A stretch of DNA of 64,000 bases from Acidobacteriota bacterium (GTDB lineage Bacteria > Acidobacteriota > Blastocatellia > Pyrinomonadales > Pyrinomonadaceae). Under the pieces are notes generated by a model. That model was not told the origin of the DNA. It saw nothing but the letters and a program-made list of their open reading frames with translations, and made no database searches. The stretch is taken from assembly GCA_003223025.1 (NCBI GenBank), contig QHXR01000011.1, positions 30,053 through 94,052 of the forward strand. The letters are read 5' to 3'. Shown here one piece after another: positions 18,211 to 25,112 of the stretch. The position numbers were made by a program, and so were the translations under genes. How positions within the stretch are numbered: the stretch's first letter is position 1; each line of letters begins with the position of its first letter.

Positions 18211-19131
18211 ATGAGAGCAGTGGAAAGGCGAGAGGAGCCGAACCGCGGGTTCTGCGAAGGTGAGTTAGTTGAACGGTTGTCCCGAGCCGTGTCGGCGGAT
18301 GGTGCGAGAGAGGTATTCCCGGGATTTTCGATCAGTCGCTGGTCAACGCCGACGGAATCAGCTCGGGGAGTTTATGAGCCCGCATTCTGTTTTGTTGCAC
18401 AGGGTGCTAAAGAGGCGCAGCTCGGTGACGAAATATTCAGATTCGATCCCGAGCATTACATGATCTACACAGTGGACCTTCCGCTGATCTTTAGAATTGC
18501 AGAAGCCTCGGCGGCTCGCCCATACCTCGGCTTCAGTCTTACTCTCGATCCGTCTTCGGTCGCCTCGGTGATCATGGAATCGGGTATCAAGCTAAGAAAG
18601 AATAGTGACAGCGCGAAGGCCATGGATGTAAATCCGGTCAGCGGCGTTCTGCTCGACGCCATCATCAGGCTCGTCCGACTTATCGACGATCCCGCCGGGC
18701 GGAAGGTGCTCGCTCCCTTGATCAAACGCGAGATCATCTATCGATTGTTGGAGGGAGGTCAGGGACCTCGGCTCGCGCACTTACTTTCGTTCGGCGACAC
18801 CGAACGCATATCGAAGGCAGTCGCGCATCTCCGCCAACATTTCGACGAGCCGGTCAGGATAGAGGATGTCGCGCAAGAGCTCGGAATGAGCGTTTCGCGC
18901 TTTCACCACCATTTCAAAAGCGTGACTGCGATGACGCCGCTGCAGTACCAAAAGCAGATCCGACTTCAAGAAGCTCGTCGCCTCATGCTAAGCGAAGATC
19001 TCGACGCCGCCAGCGCCGGTTTCCGCGTCGGCTACGAGGACCCGGCCTACTTCAGCCGCGACTACAAAAAACAATTCGGCGCCCCGCCTCAACGGGACAT
19101 CTCTGCACTGAGAGGCAGGCTGGAAGTCTGA
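18211..19131 (+). CDS. AraC-family transcriptional regulator (AraC_N-type sensor + HTH)
   Basis: The track ORF starts at 17977, inside the divergent hydrolase gene. The ATG at 18211 gives about 306 aa. The C-terminal HTH region is IEDVAQELGMSVSRFHHHFKSVTAMTPLQYQKQIRLQEARRLM. Confidence 0.85.
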   Translation: MRAVERREEPNRGFCEGELVERLSRAVSADGAREVFPGFSISRWSTPTESARGVYEPAFCFVAQGAKEAQLGDEIFRFDPEHYMIYTVDLPLIFRIAEASAARPYLGFSLTLDPSSVASVIMESGIKLRKNSDSAKAMDVNPVSGVLLDAIIRLVRLIDDPAGRKVLAPLIKREIIYRLLEGGQGPRLAHLLSFGDTERISKAVAHLRQHFDEPVRIEDVAQELGMSVSRFHHHFKSVTAMTPLQYQKQIRLQEARRLMLSEDLDAASAGFRVGYEDPAYFSRDYKKQFGAPPQRDISALRGRLEV

Positions 19132-19162
19132 CCTAAGAGAAGGACATCCCCGTCGGGAAGTA

Positions 19163-19564
19163 GTGGGAACGTGGCGGCTGGATAAGGTCGCGACGACCGG
19201 CACCGACGGGAGGACATCCAAGTTCAGCCAGCCGAATATATATCTGTTTACAAAAGGCCACTTCAGCATCATCCGCGTCGAGGGAGATAAGCCTCGTTCA
19301 ACCGACAGCTGGACGACCATGACGCCCGACCACGTGGTCGACACCTATGTAAAGCAATTCACGGCAAGCGGCGGAACATACGACATGAAGGGCAGCACCC
19401 TGACCATGAAAACGACCATCGCAAAGAACCCAGGCTTCATGGCGCGAGCGAATTGGATCTCCTACACCGTAAAGGTCAACGGCCAGACAATGACACTCAC
19501 CACCACGGCCACCAACGAAGGGCCAATAAAAAATCCCCAGTGTCCCAGAATTCGCCGCCGATAA
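19163..19564 (+). CDS. lipocalin-like domain protein (hypothetical)
   Basis: 133 aa with a GTG start. GTWRLDKV and TLTMKTT resemble lipocalin-like beta-barrel proteins. The C-terminal tail (NPQCPRIRRR) looks atypical and ends at the AT-rich junction. Confidence 0.5.
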   Translation: MGTWRLDKVATTGTDGRTSKFSQPNIYLFTKGHFSIIRVEGDKPRSTDSWTTMTPDHVVDTYVKQFTASGGTYDMKGSTLTMKTTIAKNPGFMARANWISYTVKVNGQTMTLTTTATNEGPIKNPQCPRIRRR

Positions 19565-19608
19565 AAAGCACCTCGAGTCCTATGTTGCTCCGCATCAGGA
19601 GCGCGTTG

Positions 19609-20346
19609 TCATTTCAAAATATCTTCTCTAATTGCTTTAGACGCTTCCCGATATGGCTTAATAAAATCTTTCTTAAAAATACTTCCTTTTGTATCTCCAA
19701 CAAGATCACTGAACGCAAAAGTCGATGGCGTTTCGATTTCGCTAATAACACATTTCAAATCAGATAATAGTAAAGCTCGCGGGTCGCCGCTGAAGGTTCC
19801 GCGCTTTTGCTCGTACAAGTGAAGCAAGTCCCTTAGGTAATCTTTCATTCTCTCAATGTATTCGGCTAAAGACTTTGAATTACTAAATAAATCTGGTGAA
19901 GATTCTATTTCTTGCCAAATATTTTCAAACTCAAGTTCTACTTCGTTAATAAGCTGCATCTGCTCATCGTAAGCGTCGAACTGTACAAGTGTATTCTCTT
20001 GGAACTTACCGTCATAAGGCGGTGTGACTGCTTTGGCTCGAAGCAAACGTCGATGTTTTTTAATAGCTGTGTAATTCCGAATTAAGCGACGCAGAACATC
20101 CTTCTGAAATTCGGTTCTTGCCTCTGTTTTCTGGCGATTGTAATTGAATTGTGCAATTACTAACGATACGACTTGACCTAGAACAAGAACAGTCAAGATT
20201 TGAAGCAAAGACTTTACGATTTCAAATTCAATTGAATCTTTAGCGGGTTTGAAAACTGAAAGAATTACAACAATTGCGACAACGCTTGCAATGATAATTG
20301 AGCCAAACGTCAGAATGAGTTTTGTCGACCACGACACATTTTTCAT
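19609..20346 (-). CDS. hypothetical 2-TM protein with helical cytoplasmic domain (AT-rich islet gene 2)
   Basis: 245 aa. ATG with AAGGAG 8 nt upstream. Two N-terminal hydrophobic helices (LILTFGSIIIASVVAIVVILSVF; LLQILTVLVLGQVVSLVIAQF), followed by about 170 aa of charged helical sequence. Spot counts of 60-nt lines give about 30-38% G+C. Confidence 0.7.
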   Translation of the reverse strand: MKNVSWSTKLILTFGSIIIASVVAIVVILSVFKPAKDSIEFEIVKSLLQILTVLVLGQVVSLVIAQFNYNRQKTEARTEFQKDVLRRLIRNYTAIKKHRRLLRAKAVTPPYDGKFQENTLVQFDAYDEQMQLINEVELEFENIWQEIESSPDLFSNSKSLAEYIERMKDYLRDLLHLYEQKRGTFSGDPRALLLSDLKCVISEIETPSTFAFSDLVGDTKGSIFKKDFIKPYREASKAIREDILK

Positions 20347-20409
20347 AGTTTACCGACTCCTTCTATTCTAAGAGTTTTCATAGTTCACCGAATCCTCCAA
20401 TCCTAAGAG
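20340..20409. repeat. 35-bp tandem duplication (20340-20374 / 20375-20409; 30 of 35 identical)
   Basis: ttttcatagtttaccgactccttctattctaagag versus ttttcatagttcaccgaatcctccaatcctaagag, counted base by base. Confidence 0.9.
20343..20381 (-). promoter_or_regulatory. 12-codon upstream ORF (MKTLRIEGVGKL*) created by duplication of the initiation region; its stop overlaps the main ATG as ATGA
   Basis: Minus strand reads GGAGGATTCGGTGAACTATGAAAACTCTTAGAATAGAAGGAGTCGGTAAACTATGAAAAATG. The uORF has its own GGAGGA RBS. Its TGA shares the TG of the 19609-20346 start codon. Confidence 0.55.
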
Positions 20410-20568
20410 AAAGCAGAGAACGTTTGAGCTAAGAAGGGGCAGGACGACAAGCTGGGGCAGTGAATATGTACCGCGTACCATGGGGTCGGGGTTTGGTGGC
20501 CTGCCGTTAGCGCTCCGCTCGAGCGACGGGATACGCAACAGTTCGCGGCGCGGTCTTGAATTTCAGAG

Positions 20569-21369
20569 TTAAGCATCGGTTCGCACCTCCCATTGAAATA
20601 GGATGTCGTTTTCGAACAAGTCGACGAGCCTGACGAGAACATAGAATCCGGCTCCAGCGGGTTGAACAACGGCGATGGTTCCTTTTTGCATCCGTGCAAA
20701 GTGACTTGGGAATCTGAAAATGGTCGGGTCGGTGACGTCGCTGAAGCTTCGTGCGCCCGAGGCCACTTTAACTACGCCATTCATGCTAGATAGGTCTACG
20801 CAGCCGTGCCTTGGTTGCAAAGTCGCCCATCTTATGGGAATGGTTCTGGTGTCTGTTTGGCTGAATTGCACGTTAATCTCAATCCCACTGTGGACAACGG
20901 GTATTCGCCGCTTCCCACTGCCGTAAACTACGTGTATTTCACCAAACTCAAATGTTTCTTCTTCGATAGCCGCCCGCAGTCTTCTGTTGAAGACCTTGAC
21001 GCTGATGTTGTTCTCTAGAAGTTTCTTGAATCCTTGCGAGTAAATAGTCCCATTCGCATCGAGTACTCCAATGAATACTTCAGTAATCCCTGATGCTATT
21101 ATCAGGTCCGCGCAAGAATCAACTTCTTGTTCATTGTGTATGGCGACGCACGGCTCCAGAGTGGTGTACAACGTCGAACCGCGGAGGTCTTCAGAACCTA
21201 GCTTTTCAATTGCTATCCGCTCCGCATGAGTGTTCTTGGCCTCCCCGCGATGACCCGTTGAAAGAATTCTTCCCGCCTTCCCGATAACTGCTCCGACCCG
21301 AGGGTACTCCGAGCACTTCAGGTGTTCTTCTACCGCGATCTTCATCAGATCGGTATTTGAGTATGTCAT
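20569..21369 (-). CDS. zinc-dependent nucleotide/nucleic-acid deaminase (CDA/RibD-like fold) fused to an unassigned C-terminal domain (AT-rich islet gene 1)
   Basis: 266 aa. HAERIAIE provides the H-x-E motif (zinc ligand plus catalytic Glu). TLEPCVAIHNEQEVDSCADLI provides PC...C. The C-terminal ~130 aa are beta-rich with no motif I recognise. There is no RibD reductase-like sequence. Confidence 0.75.
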   Translation of the reverse strand: MTYSNTDLMKIAVEEHLKCSEYPRVGAVIGKAGRILSTGHRGEAKNTHAERIAIEKLGSEDLRGSTLYTTLEPCVAIHNEQEVDSCADLIIASGITEVFIGVLDANGTIYSQGFKKLLENNISVKVFNRRLRAAIEEETFEFGEIHVVYGSGKRRIPVVHSGIEINVQFSQTDTRTIPIRWATLQPRHGCVDLSSMNGVVKVASGARSFSDVTDPTIFRFPSHFARMQKGTIAVVQPAGAGFYVLVRLVDLFENDILFQWEVRTDA

Positions 21370-21653
21370 TCGTAAGCGCTAGACGAATGTGGATAAGCAA
21401 CCTGCAACGGTGACTGTCTTTAACGGTTGAGATGATTGCGGCGAACCGCCAGCACGGCAACGTCAGCGAAAGGAGCGACGCTGACGACAAAGTCGCTGTT
21501 TCGTCCTCTGTCCTACGAGCTTGTTCGTCCGAAAGACATCGCGGCAATAAGCGTTTCCCAAACTTTCGCGGTCGTCAAAGGCGACCATAACCGTTTCCGA
21601 ATTCGCGTGCGTGAACCGTGAACTCGCGCTGACATGAATGGTTCGAATTTGCT

Positions 21654-23468
21654 CTATTGGGACAACACGGTAACAGAGATTTTTGTCGTCTCGTTCGGTT
21701 TGATCCTGACTTTTTCTCCATTCTTCGCAGCGTCTCCGAACCAATCTTCGGCGGAGCTTTTCACCGAATTCGGTTTCCCTACCCCAGCGAGTACGTAATA
21801 GTCCCCCGGTGCCGCTTTGATCCGAAACTCGCCCATTGAGTTCGTCCATCCCGAGAAGTAAGAATCATCACCTTTTTGCCTGTCCCGGTCGGCTGGCACT
21901 AATAATAGATTAGTTAATGGTGCTGGCTTTTCGTTGGCGCCATAAGCAGTTCCCGCCAGTGTTCCGCTATCCCTTGAAACTACCACCGTTACGTCCTTTA
22001 TTTCTTCGGCTTCCTTTATGGTGAAGGTTTCCCGCAGTGCATCTATTCCTTTGATCCGAACACTTTTTACATAGTTTTCATCGTCCTCTATTTCGGCGCG
22101 GATCAAGTACGTTCCTGCGGACAATGAACCGATACGAAAGTCTATCTGCATTTTCTTTGTTTGTGCTTCATCTTTCGGCTGTTCGACATTAATTAACTTG
22201 CTGGCCAACACCTTCCGGTCGCGATCCACCAAGTACAATCTCACAGACTTAGGTAGAGCATCTTTATCGTCGTTCGCGCGGATCGAACCGGAAATAGCAG
22301 ATTCCAACGGCAGCTCGACCAGGAATTCCTTAGTGTCCGTCTCGACGATCTCCAGCTTTTTATACGTTTCCGCGTAAGGAGATTCGTCGTCATGCGTTCG
22401 GGTGTCAAAAAAGTACGAGTATTTCTGAGGGGAGATCTTTATTCGATACTTGCCCGGAGGCAGGTCTTTGAATGACCACGATCCCGTCATGTCCGTGGTG
22501 ATCTGGTTGGCATCATTTGAACCGTAAAACTCCGGCCCATCGTCCCCTTCTCTTTCAAACGTGACTTTGATCTTACTGAGGGGTTGCTGAGTGTCTTTCG
22601 CGATTACTTTTCCCGAGACCTTGTATAGTTTGCGTTCGGGTATTTTGATGTCCGTATTTGCCGCTTCCTGACCCCAGTCAAGCTGGATCGCTTCGGCACG
22701 TTTGCGCTCGCCTATCCCGGGGAAATAGGTTTTTAACTCAGATTCGCGGGCGAAATCTCTCCAATCCTCAGAAGCCCTATTCCGGGAGCCATGATCGGAG
22801 GGCTGATTTACTTCTACGAAGTAAGTGCCTGGCACCATCTCAACCCGGCGATAATAACCGCGATCATCTGTTTCCGTGTCCCCGACCGAAACAAAGTCAT
22901 CTTCTCCAATTTCAGCCCCCGAACGGAAGATCTTTACTTTAACCCCGATCGCCGGAGTACCGTCGGCGTAGGAAACGGTGCCGCTGATCGCGGCACCCCG
23001 CTTTACAGGCACCAAAACCTGAACTTCACTCATTCCGTCGACATTCATCTTCTGAAAGAACGAATCGAGTTTGTTCACAGAAAGCGAACTGGTATTGCCG
23101 TAAAAACTGTTAACACTTTGCGGATTGAGAACGTTCCGTACCTGCACGAACGGGTAGTACGTGCCGGCCCTCACATGTCGGATCTCAAACTCGCCATCGT
23201 CGCCGGTCAAGACAAATCCTTCGGGACTCATCGTCGTATTCACGAACGACACTTTTCCCGCACTCGTTTGTAGAAATTGTTTGATCTCAAGAAGACCTAT
23301 CAATGCGCGTCGCACCGGCTGGTTAGAGCCTTCATAGACCGCACGTCCACGGACGATCGATCTAGCCGGAACCAGCCCGTGCGACTCGGGACTCTCCGGT
23401 TCCTGAGCTAAACAAACGACGGTCTGTGCTATTAAGACCAATAGGAATGAAATAAGAGCTCTAGTCAT
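21654..23468 (-). CDS. secreted protein with repeated carboxypeptidase-regulatory-like (Ig-like beta-sandwich) domains
   Basis: The track ORF extends to 23561. The ATG at 23468 gives signal peptide MTRALISFLLVLIAQTVVCLAQE. Contains repeated G(S/T)..D..G.F.I..L..G.Y-type modules. Confidence 0.7.
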   Translation of the reverse strand: MTRALISFLLVLIAQTVVCLAQEPESPESHGLVPARSIVRGRAVYEGSNQPVRRALIGLLEIKQFLQTSAGKVSFVNTTMSPEGFVLTGDDGEFEIRHVRAGTYYPFVQVRNVLNPQSVNSFYGNTSSLSVNKLDSFFQKMNVDGMSEVQVLVPVKRGAAISGTVSYADGTPAIGVKVKIFRSGAEIGEDDFVSVGDTETDDRGYYRRVEMVPGTYFVEVNQPSDHGSRNRASEDWRDFARESELKTYFPGIGERKRAEAIQLDWGQEAANTDIKIPERKLYKVSGKVIAKDTQQPLSKIKVTFEREGDDGPEFYGSNDANQITTDMTGSWSFKDLPPGKYRIKISPQKYSYFFDTRTHDDESPYAETYKKLEIVETDTKEFLVELPLESAISGSIRANDDKDALPKSVRLYLVDRDRKVLASKLINVEQPKDEAQTKKMQIDFRIGSLSAGTYLIRAEIEDDENYVKSVRIKGIDALRETFTIKEAEEIKDVTVVVSRDSGTLAGTAYGANEKPAPLTNLLLVPADRDRQKGDDSYFSGWTNSMGEFRIKAAPGDYYVLAGVGKPNSVKSSAEDWFGDAAKNGEKVRIKPNETTKISVTVLSQ

Positions 23469-23666
23469 AACCAGCCGCTGATTTAATTTGAAATAAAAGC
23501 AGCGCCCGCGGAGTATAGCGCAGAAGCAAACGACCGAGGGACGAATATACCTTGCGACCAAGTATTTCCCCGAAGAGGATAAATTAAATAGTGTGGGTGA
23601 AGCGAGGAAAGGAGCGAAACCCTACGAGACAGTTGCTCATGGATAGTGCACGGATGCTGGCGGTAA

Positions 23667-23867
23667 GCGAAAGGTTTCTCCATTACCGAGCCCCAACCGA
23701 AACGGGAAGCTCCGGCAGCCCCTGTCTTTGATCACGAAAGCTGGCGAGTGGTCGCCCTTCACCACGGAGGAAGTGAAGAACTCCCGCGGCTCGAAGGAAT
23801 GGGAACGTCCGAGGCAAATGAGGGAATCTCGATCCTCGAGATTGGCAAATCGGTAGCTTTCAAATAA
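23667..23867 (+). pseudogene. possible remnant of the C-terminal part of a trypsin-like serine peptidase gene
   Basis: A start-less 66-codon frame reads ..EAPAAPVFDHESWRVVALHHGGSEE... This resembles the G-x-S-G-S-P-V-F..(I/V)G(I/L)H..G region of chymotrypsin-fold peptidases, but the Ser motif is degenerate. An in-frame stop lies immediately upstream. Confidence 0.25.
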
Positions 23868-24108
23868 TTACTGAGTCGGCTTGCTCCAAATTTTCTCAAC
23901 ATTGGTCGGGACGGAAAATCTGTGGGGCGAGACACATGTTTATAAAATTTGGATAACTATATCTTTGTCGATCCTGGGGATTCCGGGCCTCGCGGAGAAG
24001 CGGGATGCGCGCTGCGTTGTAGACAGAGGCCTTCCCCTATACTCGGACGAATCAGTCACGACTTGGGTTACTCCCCGTGAGTTCTAATTTCAAGCAAGGA
24101 CCGGGTCG

Positions 24109-24480
24109 CTATTTAACATCTTCAAATTTGAAATGTGGATTCTCGATTATTCCAAGGATGTTTCCGAACGGATCTGTCATCGTGGCGACTTTGATGTTGC
24201 TTCCAACGTCTTGGAGCTCCCGATGCTTCTTTGCCCCTAGATCGAGCAACCGCTCGTACGAGGCGGCAGCGTCTTTTACACCCCAGTAGGCTATCGCGTT
24301 GCTGCCTTTTGTCACGCCGGTCATATCCGGGTCTAAGCCCAACTCGAAGCCACCGATGTTGAAGCCGACGTAAAATGGCTGATCGAAATAAGGCTCCACT
24401 CCTAAGGCGTTCGCGTACCATTCTTTGGCCCGCTCAAGATCGTCAACGTTATAAATGACAGTTCGTAGTCCCTGAAACAT
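24109..24480 (-). CDS. VOC / glyoxalase-bleomycin-resistance family protein
   Basis: ATG at 24480 preceded by GGAGG. 123 aa reading MFQGLRTVIYNVDDLERAKEWY..DPFGNILGIIE, typical of VOC proteins. Confidence 0.8.
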   Translation of the reverse strand: MFQGLRTVIYNVDDLERAKEWYANALGVEPYFDQPFYVGFNIGGFELGLDPDMTGVTKGSNAIAYWGVKDAAASYERLLDLGAKKHRELQDVGSNIKVATMTDPFGNILGIIENPHFKFEDVK

Positions 24481-24543
24481 TTTGACCTCCTGCGTATCGC
24501 ACGGGAGCATACCAGATCGCCTATTGAGACTGAAGTTGTGCCG

Positions 24544-25017
24544 CTAGACCTTGGGAACCCGCGGTAGAAACTTCTTCGCCACTTCCGTCAACACTTTCAA
24601 ACGTTCGTCATCGGGACGCTTGCTGAAGAACAGGACGACGGAGAAATGACGGCCGTGTTGGATCACTAGCTGTCCCTCGGTGTAGAGGGCCTTGGTGCCG
24701 ATCCCCTCGACGGGTTTCGGATCTAGGTTGAGATCAGTCTTCAGCTGCTTTACGTAGCGCGCAAACTCGGCTCCGCTTCCGTAGTGGATCTGGATCGAGA
24801 GGCTTTCGCTCATGAGGCGCTCGGTGTCCTCGAGGTACTGAAGTGTCACGCCGGTGGCCTCCGCCTCGCGTGCACGCTTCACTGGAGTGCCGAGTATAGC
24901 CTGTGCTTCCGCCGGCGTCAGCAGCTTTTCCGGATCGAACTTTTTGGGCTTCTTGGTTTGCGCGGCTCCGACGGAAACGAGGAGCATGATTATTGTGAGG
25001 ATATTTATTTTCTTCAT
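24544..25017 (-). CDS. hypothetical secreted protein
   Basis: ATG at 25017 gives MKKINILTIIMLLVSVGAAQ (signal peptide). 157 aa with no recognised motif. Confidence 0.6.
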   Translation of the reverse strand: MKKINILTIIMLLVSVGAAQTKKPKKFDPEKLLTPAEAQAILGTPVKRAREAEATGVTLQYLEDTERLMSESLSIQIHYGSGAEFARYVKQLKTDLNLDPKPVEGIGTKALYTEGQLVIQHGRHFSVVLFFSKRPDDERLKVLTEVAKKFLPRVPKV

Positions 25018-25084
25018 GTAAGGTTCCCAATAAACTTCTTCTGTACGGCGGTCTTGCTGAGCCGGCGCTCCCATTACCTTAAGG

Positions 25085-25105
25085 CGACAGGCTGGAAAGC
25101 CTGTC
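25085..25105. repeat. hairpin repeat, family D (cgacaggct-ggaa-agcctgtcg followed by tac)
   Basis: Perfect 9-bp stem. Nearly identical copies occur at 51093-51113 and in related form at 51068-51089. Confidence 0.75.
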
Positions 25106-25112
25106 GTACTCG

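Noticed and set aside
20403-20699. 98-aa minus-strand ORF spanning the deaminase 3' end and the intergenic leader.
   Set aside because: It overlaps the deaminase gene out of frame, is Cys/Ser/Pro-rich, and has no RBS. I treat this region as a possible RNA leader instead.
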